Shown here one piece after another: positions 1 through 9,013 of a stretch of DNA of 54,049 nt (its first letter is position 1; every line of letters starts with the position of its first letter). The stretch is taken from IMG/VR virus record IMGVR_UViG_3300018080_002591, positions 1-54,049 of that record; one strand, written 5' to 3'. The notes beneath the pieces are model-generated. The model worked only from the letters and a program-made list of their open reading frames with translations, did not search any database and was not told the DNA's origin. This DNA comes from a virus. Taxonomy: Duplodnaviria > Caudoviricetes. Made by a program: the position numbers and the translations under genes.

Positions 1-231
1 ATACGAGATATTCAGTTTAATATTAAAGGACGCGGCGGGACTACATTAACACCTGGTCTGGAACGAGCGAGAGAACTTTGTTGTGATGTTTGCCTTGCTT
101 TTACAGATGGTTATACAGAGAATATTAATGCTTTAACCCGTAGACAGCTTCCTAAAAAATTAATTTGGGCAATAACTCCAGATGGTACTGCCGATAAAGT
201 TAATAGAACTGGATGGGTAGTAAAGTTGTAA
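1..231 (+). CDS. C-terminal end of a vWA-domain protein (DUF2201/metallopeptidase-associated type), 5'-partial
   Basis: Manual frame-1 translation IRDIQFNIKGRGGTTLTPGL...LAFTDGY...LIWAIT...GWVVKL*, stop at 229-231; GRGGT and FTDGY are typical of this vWA family. Confidence 0.7.
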   Translation: MRDIQFNIKGRGGTTLTPGLERARELCCDVCLAFTDGYTENINALTRRQLPKKLIWAITPDGTADKVNRTGWVVKL

Positions 232-245
232 AGAGGATAAAATAT

Positions 246-279
246 GGGTGTTGTTGAGTTTAGAAGCTCAGCAACACCC
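246..279 (+). promoter_or_regulatory. 15-bp RNA hairpin upstream of the HNH endonuclease start
   Basis: gggtgttgttgagtt-taga-agctcagcaacaccc pairs over 15 bp with two G-U pairs; sits between two AAGAGG...ATG initiation sites (ATG 244 and ATG 298). Confidence 0.6.
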
Positions 280-297
280 TTATATAAGAGGCAATAT

Positions 298-927
298 ATG
301 AAATATAAACCAATAAAAATAAAATGTGAAATATGTGGTAAAAAATGTAGTGGTTTGATTGGTTTATATTCACATATAAGTCAAGCTAAAAATCACATCA
401 CGGTAGAAGAATATAAAAATAAATATTCAATCGATAAATATATAAAAGAGCAAATGAAAATTATATTTTATCAAAACATCAAAATCATTGATAATGGTTG
501 TTGGTTATGGACCGGTGATATTGATAAGGATGGGTATGGTGTAATATATGCATTCTCTTATAGAACAAAAGCACATAGATTTAGTTATGAATTATTCAAT
601 AATATAATAAAAAATAATTTATGTGTTTGTCACTCTTGTGATACACCTGGGTGTGTGAATCCAAAACATCTTTGGTTAGGAACATCACCCGAAAACACAC
701 AAGATTCTATCAATAAAGGTAGACGTAACTTTATGTTTGGTGAAACTAATCCATCAAAAAGAACTGAAGTCAGAGAAAAAATTAGTAAATCATTGAAAGG
801 TAAAGCAAGACCATCTATGATAGGTAATAAAAACAACAAACTAATGTATGGTGATGATAATCCGATGAAAAACCCTGATGTAGTAAAAAAGTGTTTTGAG
901 TCAAGAAGGAGAAACAATGACTCGTAA
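298..927 (+). CDS. Free-standing HNH homing endonuclease with N-terminal C2H2-like Zn finger and C-terminal NUMOD3-like repeats
   Basis: CWLWTG..DKDGYG, AHRFSYE, VCHSCDTPGCVNPKHLWLGTSPEN (HNH); CEIC..H..H at the N-terminus; GETNPSKRTEVREKISKSLKGK and GDDNPMK repeats. Alternative start at 244. Confidence 0.85.
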   Translation: MKYKPIKIKCEICGKKCSGLIGLYSHISQAKNHITVEEYKNKYSIDKYIKEQMKIIFYQNIKIIDNGCWLWTGDIDKDGYGVIYAFSYRTKAHRFSYELFNNIIKNNLCVCHSCDTPGCVNPKHLWLGTSPENTQDSINKGRRNFMFGETNPSKRTEVREKISKSLKGKARPSMIGNKNNKLMYGDDNPMKNPDVVKKCFESRRRNNDS

Positions 928-2704
928 TAATTATACAGCAAAAGACATTCAAGTATTAGAAGAAATAGAACACATACGACTTAATGCTGGAATGTACGTA
1001 GGAACAACTGAAACTCCAACACATTTAATTGAAGAAGCTCTTGATAACGCTCTTGATGAAGCTCTAGCTGGTCATGCAAAAATTATTGCTGTCATGATTG
1101 ACACTAAAGAAAATAGATTTGCAGTTCTTGACGATGGACGAGGGATTCCACTCGAAGACAATACACCAATAACTATTTCATCAAAATTATTTTCAGGTGG
1201 AAAATTTCAAGATCGAAAAACAGCGTATGAAATTTCAAGTGGACTTCATGGTGTGGGGTTAATTGTTGTTAATGCATTAAGCAGCGAATATAAAATTGAA
1301 GTATGTAGAGATAATAAATTTGCTACATATAACTTTCAAAATACAAAGCTACGAAACAAAAAGATAATTAAACATGAAGGTTCAAGACCATTCGCAACCA
1401 AAATAGAATTTGTTCCAGATAAAAAATTCTTTGAAACACTTACGCCTAATCTAAATCGAATTAGGCAACGTCTAACAGCAGCTTCAGCAGAAATGCCAGA
1501 TGATATTAGTTTCGTCTTATATATCGATGGAGAAAAAGAAATATTTAAATTAACCGCATTAGAATACTTTAAACAGAATTGTTTAACAGGTCAAGATGAG
1601 GTTGAAATATATCCAATTGAAGTACAAAGAGGACCAGAAAAGTTCAATGTCCTTTTTACATATGAACAAAATGGAAGAATGACACCGAAACATATTTCTT
1701 CCGTAAATTTATTGCCAGTGACTGATGGCGGAGTTCATTACAATTGTTTTCTTGATCAACTTAAAGATTTTTTTAGGTTAAAGGCCAAGAAAAATGGTTT
1801 CGAATTTCAGTTACAAGATGTTCTTATTGGTTTGAGAGTTTACATGAGTTTGAATTTACGCGAACCAAAATTCTCAGGTCAAACAAAGGATCGATTAATT
1901 AACATCAAATCAGATATCGAAGCGTTTACAAATCAAATGAAACCGCAGATTGAAAAGATATTTGAAACAGGCGATAGATTAGATGTTCTCCTAAACCGAT
2001 TTCAAGATTATCGAAAGAAATTGGATTCACGAAAATTAGTAAAAAATGGAAGTGGTGGGAAACGTGCGTCGACTAAATTCACAAAACTAAGAGATTGTAC
2101 TCGAAGGGATGGCGAATTATATATAGTTGAAGGTGATTCAGCAGGCGGATCAATCATTCAATCAAGGAATGCAAAGATTCATGCAGTATTACCATTGCGA
2201 GGAAAATCAATTCCAAATGCAACAACAAAGAAAAATATATTAGAAAACAAAGAAGTAAAAGAATTGATTATGGCAATTGGTGCAGGTTATGGTCCACATT
2301 TTGATATTGAAAAAGTTCGATATCAGAAAATCATATGTGCAACTGATGCCGATCATGACGGAAGTCATATTGCTTGTTTGGTTTCAATGGCAATGGCAGT
2401 TCTTCTTCCTGAAATTGTGAAAACAGGTTTATATTATATTGCACAAACTCCATTATATGCGATTAATGAAAAGAAAACATTTAAACCATTGTGGAGTGAA
2501 GATGAACTTGATAAAGCAAGAGAAGCAGGAAAGCAAATCACACGATTCAAAGGACTTGGTGAATTGTCACCACATCAATTGAAAATATGTTTGTTGGATG
2601 AAGAAACAAGACATCTGACTCCAGTAACATATAGTGAAAATATTGAACAGCTTGAATGTTTATTTTCAAGTGCAGCAGAGAAAAGAAAGTTAGTAGGAGG
2701 TTAA
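917..2704 (+). CDS. gyrB: Type IIA DNA topoisomerase subunit B (GyrB/ParE-like)
   Basis: EHIRLNAGMYVG, EEALDNALDE, DDGRGIP, SGLHGVG (GHKL ATPase); EGDSA, PLRGK, TDADHDGSHI, RFKGLGE (TOPRIM). ATG 917 follows AGGAG. Confidence 0.93.
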   Translation: MTRNNYTAKDIQVLEEIEHIRLNAGMYVGTTETPTHLIEEALDNALDEALAGHAKIIAVMIDTKENRFAVLDDGRGIPLEDNTPITISSKLFSGGKFQDRKTAYEISSGLHGVGLIVVNALSSEYKIEVCRDNKFATYNFQNTKLRNKKIIKHEGSRPFATKIEFVPDKKFFETLTPNLNRIRQRLTAASAEMPDDISFVLYIDGEKEIFKLTALEYFKQNCLTGQDEVEIYPIEVQRGPEKFNVLFTYEQNGRMTPKHISSVNLLPVTDGGVHYNCFLDQLKDFFRLKAKKNGFEFQLQDVLIGLRVYMSLNLREPKFSGQTKDRLINIKSDIEAFTNQMKPQIEKIFETGDRLDVLLNRFQDYRKKLDSRKLVKNGSGGKRASTKFTKLRDCTRRDGELYIVEGDSAGGSIIQSRNAKIHAVLPLRGKSIPNATTKKNILENKEVKELIMAIGAGYGPHFDIEKVRYQKIICATDADHDGSHIACLVSMAMAVLLPEIVKTGLYYIAQTPLYAINEKKTFKPLWSEDELDKAREAGKQITRFKGLGELSPHQLKICLLDEETRHLTPVTYSENIEQLECLFSSAAEKRKLVGG

Positions 2705-2707
2705 CCT

Positions 2708-3289
2708 ATGTCTGATATTGAAGATATAGAAAAAAGATTTTTAGAAATTTCTGGTTTAAAATGTGATTTAAGTAAATTTCCGCTCAAACCAGATGATATA
2801 AAAAATAACATCAAAATCAATAAAGATAAAAGCAATCAATTTGGTGAAGTATTTACACCATTATGGTTAGTAGATAAAATGATTCTCAAATCAGGGATTG
2901 AAAAATTACAAGAATCTAAATCAACATTAGATTTATGTGCCGGTTGGGGTCAGTTCACAATACGAATGATTCGTGCATTAGCTAATTATGATAAAGACTT
3001 TGATGTATATAAATGGTTAAAAGAAAATCATACTTTTATTGAATTACAACCAGAATCGGCATATAAGCTATTAAAGATTTTTGGAATTGATATAAATCTA
3101 TTCATTGGGGATGCTTTAAAAATTAGAGAAGTTACAAAATGGGATGGCATTTATATCTATAAAGATTATTGGAAAGAAGTCCCATTTGAATGGTTAAGTG
3201 AATATATAAATTATAATGAAAACGAATTCGTTGAAAGGATAACTAAAGACTTCTTAACTGAGAAAGAAAGTGGTGTTTTAGTTATGTGA
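2708..3289 (+). CDS. DNA methyltransferase-like protein carrying SAM-binding motifs only
   Basis: GEVFTP and LDLCAGWGQF motifs; no NPPY-type catalytic motif in the ORF. Confidence 0.75.
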   Translation: MSDIEDIEKRFLEISGLKCDLSKFPLKPDDIKNNIKINKDKSNQFGEVFTPLWLVDKMILKSGIEKLQESKSTLDLCAGWGQFTIRMIRALANYDKDFDVYKWLKENHTFIELQPESAYKLLKIFGIDINLFIGDALKIREVTKWDGIYIYKDYWKEVPFEWLSEYINYNENEFVERITKDFLTEKESGVLVM

Positions 3290-3296
3290 CATAACA

Positions 3297-4535
3297 ATGC
3301 TAAGTAAAGAACATAGAAATTTATTAAGAACTGAAATTGGAAGAAAATTTCTAATTGATAAAACATTAGAAGCAGTTCCGAAAGATAAGAACTGGCAAAA
3401 TTTTCACACCCCATATGATTTATGTGAAAAAATGATTTCAAAGACCGATGTTTCAAATAAAAGTATTCTTGTATTATTTAATATAGAATTTATAGAAACA
3501 TTGATTTATAAATTTGGGGTTAGTAGTAAAAGTATTTTATTTATAGCAGATTGTAGAATAGAATCTGAAATGGCTGCAAAAATATATAAAGTAGATAATA
3601 TCATCGTTAATGATATTGATGAACTACAGGAGGTATTAAAAGGTATGAAGAAATTTGATTTATGTTTCAGTAATCCTCCATATACTGGAAGTTCGGATGT
3701 TGATATTATAAAATCTATACTACCAATATGTACAGAAATAATAGTAGTTCATCCAGCTGCATGGTTACTTGATAATAAATGTCTGAAAAAATCATATTTT
3801 ACAAAATATAGAGAAGAAATTAAAAATTATTGTGAAAGTGCATATATTTTTGATGGTAATGCTGCATTTAATATAACTGGCCCATGTAGTCCTTTTACAA
3901 TTTTTAAAATTAATAAAGGGCATAATAAAAAAATTTCAGTTAATTATTTTGATGAACAACAGTTTGATGTTGATTCTGTATATGATATTACGGTATTTGG
4001 CAATGATTGGATATCAATTGTAAAACCATTTTTTAATGTTATTAATGATTATTTAAATAATAATAATAATATTTGGGATTGGGAACATAGAATAATAAAA
4101 ACGATTCACGAAAATAAATATTATTGTCAATTTAGGTCACAAGAGCCTGGGTCTCCTGATAAAAGTGGTAGGTATATGTATGGAAAAGATTTTTATAGTA
4201 TAATTCAAAAAAATACATTATCTGAAAGATATAAAATAAATTATGACGATATCGATCTAACCGATAAAAGAATTAAATTTTGGTTTAATACAGAAATTGA
4301 AAGAAATAATTTTATAGAATATTTAAAAACGAATTTTGTTAGATTTTGTATTTCAATCTTCAAAACTAATGAAAATCTACATAGACGAGAGTTATGCTTA
4401 ATTCCAGTTATGGACTTTGCCCAAGAATGGACTGATGAAAAACTATATGAATTTTTTAATATACCTCAAGAAACTATAGATTATATCACAAACTTTTTTC
4501 CTGATGATATATATGGTTTAAGGAATAGAACATGA
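3297..4535 (+). CDS. Eco57I-like amino-methyltransferase / target-recognition subunit
   Basis: FDLCFSNPPY catalytic motif, NFHTPYDL at the N-terminus, C-terminal YLKTNFVRF...IPVMDF..WTDEKLYEFF typical of this MTase group. Confidence 0.8.
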   Translation: MLSKEHRNLLRTEIGRKFLIDKTLEAVPKDKNWQNFHTPYDLCEKMISKTDVSNKSILVLFNIEFIETLIYKFGVSSKSILFIADCRIESEMAAKIYKVDNIIVNDIDELQEVLKGMKKFDLCFSNPPYTGSSDVDIIKSILPICTEIIVVHPAAWLLDNKCLKKSYFTKYREEIKNYCESAYIFDGNAAFNITGPCSPFTIFKINKGHNKKISVNYFDEQQFDVDSVYDITVFGNDWISIVKPFFNVINDYLNNNNNIWDWEHRIIKTIHENKYYCQFRSQEPGSPDKSGRYMYGKDFYSIIQKNTLSERYKINYDDIDLTDKRIKFWFNTEIERNNFIEYLKTNFVRFCISIFKTNENLHRRELCLIPVMDFAQEWTDEKLYEFFNIPQETIDYITNFFPDDIYGLRNRT

Positions 4536-6445
4536 CTTATAATTCATTCGATGAATTTATAAACACATTAAGAAATCATCAAAAAACAGCTTTTGATGAA
4601 ATACAAAAATACCCAATTGGACAAGTGTTTATTCCAACTGGCACAGGAAAAACATGGATTCAAAAAGCTGTTCATGTAAATGATATGATTATAAAATCCA
4701 GTGAAAATAAAACTGGTGTATATGTAATTGGTGCACATAGATTATTATTATGTGAACAATTATTAGATGAAATAGTTGAATTAGCAAATAATTTTGATAT
4801 TAAATTTAGAATATTGTTTGTCGGGACGTTGGATTATAATCCAAAAATATCAAATGAAAGTATGGCTTCTACTAACGAAAAAGTTATTAATACATTCATT
4901 CAAAGTAGTATCGAAGATAATTATCATACAATCATATCTGCAACGTATCATAGTTTTGATCTTTTAACCAAAATACCAATTGATATTTGTACTTTTGATG
5001 AAGCTCATAATACAGTTAGTAATGATAGTGATCCAAAGATGTTTAGAAGGAATATTGAATTAGTAAAACCATTTATAAACCGTCAATATTTCTTTACAGC
5101 AACACCCAAAGCTATTGGTAAAACAGGTGGTCAGAGAGATGAACAATTTTATGGACCGATTTTATATAGTTTAAGTCCAAAGGAAGCAGTTGAAAGACTT
5201 GAAATTGTTCAACCAAAAATCCATACAGTTGATATAGATGGTTATTTTGATGAGAATGATGTTGTTCATAATAACAAATTATTTATAAAAACCATAAAAG
5301 AAACATTTACTGAACATGAAAAAGTTTTAAATAATATTGCAGCAAAACTTTTGGTAACTGGAAAAAATTTAGATCAAATACATCCTATATATAATGATTT
5401 AGGTTTTCAAGAATGGTGCAAATTAAATAATATTACATGTTTTCTATTTTCTTCAAGATTAGAAGAAAAATGTATAGTTGATTTTGATCCTTCTATTAAA
5501 TACAAAGAAAAATTAGAACAATTAAAACTTGATTTAAATCAAAGAGCGATCTTTTTTCATTTTGATATTTTATCAGAAGGAATAGATATTCCAAATATGA
5601 CTGGATGTCTTTTCTTTAGAAAACTAGAAACCAATGAAATTAAATTTATTCAAAACATTGGTAGATGTTCTAGGTTAATTATAGAAGATAGACAAAAAAT
5701 ATATAACAACGAAATATCTTCTATCGATGATATAAAAATGATAAAACCAGAATCATGGATTATTATACCATTATATTCAGCAAATGAATCAACAAGAAGA
5801 TATAAAAACATCTTAAGAAAATTAAGAGATACATATAATGTTCCATTCATTGATGTATTGATGAGCAGAAATGTTATTGGCAGTGAAGAAAAAGAAATAC
5901 ATTCAATAAATACATCAAATATAGAAGAATGTGATCAAAAAGATTTTTCTCTTAAACATGATTTCGAAGCAACCATGATTCAATTATTATTGGAAGAACT
6001 ACAAATTCAATTAGATCAATCAGATGATAAAGAAGAATTATTATCTGAATGGATTGATGAATCATATGGTGAAGCTGGTTTTGCATATGATCAACAACTT
6101 CTTCTTGAAGGTGCAAGAAAAGAAATAGAAACAAATATCTATGAAAGAAATAAACATGCTAGACAAAAATGTTTAGATCATCATGGTTATTCATGTAAAA
6201 TGTGTGGCAAAGAACTAGGAAAAATATATGGTCGAACAGCAGAATATGTTATTGAAGTTCATCATATTGTTCCATTATCACAAATTGGTAAACAATATAT
6301 AGTTGATCCAATAAAAGATCTAATTCCAATTTGCCCTGATTGTCATACAATTACCCACATGAAAACACCATGTTATACAATTGAAGAAATAAAAGAATTG
6401 TTAAAAAATAGGAGTCTAAATGAAAAGAAAAACGATAACAGTTGA
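4532..6445 (+). CDS. SF2 (DEAH) helicase fused to a C-terminal McrA-like HNH nuclease; putative restriction subunit
   Basis: PTGTGKT, FDEAH, FTATP, LSEGIDIP, QNIGRCSR; C-terminus YERNKHARQKCLDHHGYSCKMCG...EVHHIVPLS...DLIPICPDCH. Confidence 0.85.
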   Translation: MTYNSFDEFINTLRNHQKTAFDEIQKYPIGQVFIPTGTGKTWIQKAVHVNDMIIKSSENKTGVYVIGAHRLLLCEQLLDEIVELANNFDIKFRILFVGTLDYNPKISNESMASTNEKVINTFIQSSIEDNYHTIISATYHSFDLLTKIPIDICTFDEAHNTVSNDSDPKMFRRNIELVKPFINRQYFFTATPKAIGKTGGQRDEQFYGPILYSLSPKEAVERLEIVQPKIHTVDIDGYFDENDVVHNNKLFIKTIKETFTEHEKVLNNIAAKLLVTGKNLDQIHPIYNDLGFQEWCKLNNITCFLFSSRLEEKCIVDFDPSIKYKEKLEQLKLDLNQRAIFFHFDILSEGIDIPNMTGCLFFRKLETNEIKFIQNIGRCSRLIIEDRQKIYNNEISSIDDIKMIKPESWIIIPLYSANESTRRYKNILRKLRDTYNVPFIDVLMSRNVIGSEEKEIHSINTSNIEECDQKDFSLKHDFEATMIQLLLEELQIQLDQSDDKEELLSEWIDESYGEAGFAYDQQLLLEGARKEIETNIYERNKHARQKCLDHHGYSCKMCGKELGKIYGRTAEYVIEVHHIVPLSQIGKQYIVDPIKDLIPICPDCHTITHMKTPCYTIEEIKELLKNRSLNEKKNDNS

Positions 6446-6575
6446 TTGTCCATCTTGTCAGTATATGAAAGTCGGTGAAGATGGAAATTGCACATGCTCA
6501 TGGGGAGCCGGAAAACCCAAAAGATTATTGGAGCAAAAAGGAAAAAAGAAATTAAACTGTAAACTGAAGAGGTGA
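6420..6575 (+). CDS. Small Cys-rich basic protein, 51 aa (absent from the ORF track)
   Basis: GGAG RBS at 6411; MKRKTITVDCPSCQYMKVGEDGNCTCSWGAGKPKRLLEQKGKKKLNCKLKR*; fills the gap before 6580. Confidence 0.6.
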   Translation: MKRKTITVDCPSCQYMKVGEDGNCTCSWGAGKPKRLLEQKGKKKLNCKLKR

Positions 6576-6579
6576 TGTC

Positions 6580-6879
6580 ATGCCTTATATTAAAAACGAA
6601 GACAAGCATGAAATGTCTGATGCTATCAATGATCTAAAAATGTTTATTGAAAGCAAAGGCGATTTGAATTACGCAATATGTGAACTTGTCGGTCGATTGA
6701 TAGATGATGATACATTATCATATACAAAAATATCTGAATGGATTGATGGAGTTCATGATGCTGAATGTGAATTACGGAGACGAATATTAACTCCATATGA
6801 GGTTAGTAAGATGGTGCAAAACGGAGATGTTCCTAGTTTTGAATCTATACTTAACCGGATTATAGAGCAAAATAAATAA
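6580..6879 (+). CDS. Phage hypothetical protein (MPYIK...GDLNY family)
   Basis: RBS GAGGTG; MPYIK and GDLNYAI motifs recalled from a small phage protein family. Confidence 0.65.
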   Translation: MPYIKNEDKHEMSDAINDLKMFIESKGDLNYAICELVGRLIDDDTLSYTKISEWIDGVHDAECELRRRILTPYEVSKMVQNGDVPSFESILNRIIEQNK

Positions 6880-7286
6880 TGGGATCTAGAGCAGATTTCT
6901 ACATTGGCATGAATAATCCAAAATGGATTGGTAGTATTAGTAGAAATGGACATCCATGGAATATTCCATGCAGATTATTGATACAAAACAATATCGTTAT
7001 GTACGAAGAAATTGTTATTGACTTTTTAGCAAATAATAATGGGTTTATTAAATCAATAGGCAATTCGTGGCCATGGCCATGGGAAAACAGTAAATTAACT
7101 AACTATTCATATTTCTTTAAAAGAAGTCATAATATGGTTTATGCATATTCAATGGTAGATAAAACAGTATTCAATCCATTGAAAATTATGCAGGGCGAAG
7201 ACATGAAAACCGCCCATGTTCACATAGCGATAAATTTTCCATTAATGGGAGTGGGTTATGGACCAAACGTTACCAAGACTGTATAA
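6879..7286 (+). CDS. Hypothetical protein
   Basis: TAATG coupling to the upstream gene; MGSRADFYIG, WIGSI, WPWPW motifs. Confidence 0.65.
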   Translation: MGSRADFYIGMNNPKWIGSISRNGHPWNIPCRLLIQNNIVMYEEIVIDFLANNNGFIKSIGNSWPWPWENSKLTNYSYFFKRSHNMVYAYSMVDKTVFNPLKIMQGEDMKTAHVHIAINFPLMGVGYGPNVTKTV

Positions 7287-8562
7287 GGATTACGGGGAGT
7301 ATTCAAATTATCGGAATTTTCCCTTAGACCTTGACGGTCTTAAACCTGTAGAACGAAGAGTATTATTATCAGCTTACAAAATTGCGAGAGCTAAATATGT
7401 AAAATCACGGCAAGTTGATTCATATACAACTGGACACTATCACCCACATGGAGAATGTTACGGGACGATTGTTCAATTAGTTCGTCAAGGGTTTTTGATT
7501 GGTCAAGGTAATTTCGGATCTAATGTTGGTGTTGAACCAACCGGTCCAGCAGCACCAAGATATACAGAATGCAAAATTGATCCACGAACATTGGAATTAG
7601 CATTTAAGTATATTAAATACTGTCCTGAAGTCCCAACTGAATTAGGTGACAAGGAACCAGTATTTTTACCAACAATGATACCGATATGTTTATTAGGAAA
7701 TGATTATACTCAAGGCATTGGATTTGGTTATAAAACATTCATACCATGTTTTTCATATACTTCATTAAAAAATAGACTTATGTGGTTATTGGGTCATAGA
7801 AAAACTGAACCTGTTCCTGTTCCTAATTCGGATTGTACAGTAACAGCTTCACCTTCTGACCTGAAAAAACTATTAACAACAGGAAAAAATAAAATAGATG
7901 TTGAAGGGATTATCGAAGAAAATCCCAAATTAAATAAAGTTATATTAAAATCATGGCCGCCCGGTAAAAGATTTGAAACGATTCTAAATAAGTTTTCTGC
8001 GGAATTGGATTCGGGTATGATTGGTTTTACAGATCTATCATCATTTGAAACAGAAATTGTTTTTCAGGTGTTGAGAGAAAGAAGTCGCGATAAAATATAT
8101 CAAGATTTTGTAGCAAAGTTGAAAGATGTAATTAAAGGAACGATATCATTTGAAACAACGGTAGTTGATAGTAACAGGAAAGTTGTTGTTAAATCAGTCG
8201 ATGATCTTCTTTTGGACACATACAAAATGTTCGCTGGAATGAATGAGACAATGCTTAATGAAGAAGTCAGAAGAACTGATGATCAAATTGCAGAATATAA
8301 TTTACTCGATATAGTAAGACCTGTACTAGCATCATGTATCAAAGATGGGTTTGATATGGAAATGACATTTACATTTATTAAAGATGCAATAGAAAAAATT
8401 GACCTTGATGCAGTAAAAGAGTTAGTAAATAAATATAAAATCAGCAAACTATTAACTTTAGATACTGATACACAAGAATTAGTTGATAAAAAACAACAGT
8501 TTACCCAAACGCTAGCAGAGTTGGACAAATTTTTAGTAGAACAATATTCAATGTTTAAATAA
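7258..8562 (+). CDS. gyrA: Type IIA topoisomerase subunit A (GyrA/ParC-like), lacking the C-terminal pinwheel domain
   Basis: DGLKPVERRVL, YHPHG, GQGNFGS, AAPRYTE (catalytic Tyr), GIGFG; only 434 aa. Confidence 0.9.
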   Translation: MDQTLPRLYKDYGEYSNYRNFPLDLDGLKPVERRVLLSAYKIARAKYVKSRQVDSYTTGHYHPHGECYGTIVQLVRQGFLIGQGNFGSNVGVEPTGPAAPRYTECKIDPRTLELAFKYIKYCPEVPTELGDKEPVFLPTMIPICLLGNDYTQGIGFGYKTFIPCFSYTSLKNRLMWLLGHRKTEPVPVPNSDCTVTASPSDLKKLLTTGKNKIDVEGIIEENPKLNKVILKSWPPGKRFETILNKFSAELDSGMIGFTDLSSFETEIVFQVLRERSRDKIYQDFVAKLKDVIKGTISFETTVVDSNRKVVVKSVDDLLLDTYKMFAGMNETMLNEEVRRTDDQIAEYNLLDIVRPVLASCIKDGFDMEMTFTFIKDAIEKIDLDAVKELVNKYKISKLLTLDTDTQELVDKKQQFTQTLAELDKFLVEQYSMFK

Positions 8563-8572
8563 GGGAGACTAT

Positions 8573-9001
8573 ATGTATAGAATATCAAAAGAGTTCAGTT
8601 TTTCAATGGGGCATAGACTCAGCTGCCATCAAGGATTATGTAAAAATTTACATGGCCACAACTATTCAGTTGTTATAACATTGAAAAGTGAACATTTAAA
8701 TCCAAATGGAATGGTGATGGATTTCGGAGACTTGAAAGCAATAGCAGAAAATCACTTCAAACAATTTGATCATGCTACAATGATCAATAGAAGCGATGTA
8801 GATAGATTTATGAAATTGCAGCAAGAAATGCCATTCTTAAAAATTGTTGTAGTTGAATATGAACCAACCGCAGAAAACATGGCGAGGGAAATATTCAATT
8901 ATTTCAAAGGAGAAGTAGCAAAATATGAAGGTAACATAGAAGTAGATCAAGTTAGTATATATGAGACGGATTCGTCTCAAGCAACATATTCCGAAGATTA
9001 A
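8573..9001 (+). CDS. queD: 6-carboxy-5,6,7,8-tetrahydropterin synthase
   Basis: FSMGHRL, CKNLHGHNY, GMVMDFGDLK, FDH, PTAENMA, YET motifs. Confidence 0.92.
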   Translation: MYRISKEFSFSMGHRLSCHQGLCKNLHGHNYSVVITLKSEHLNPNGMVMDFGDLKAIAENHFKQFDHATMINRSDVDRFMKLQQEMPFLKIVVVEYEPTAENMAREIFNYFKGEVAKYEGNIEVDQVSIYETDSSQATYSED

Positions 9002-9013
9002 GAGGATGAACAG

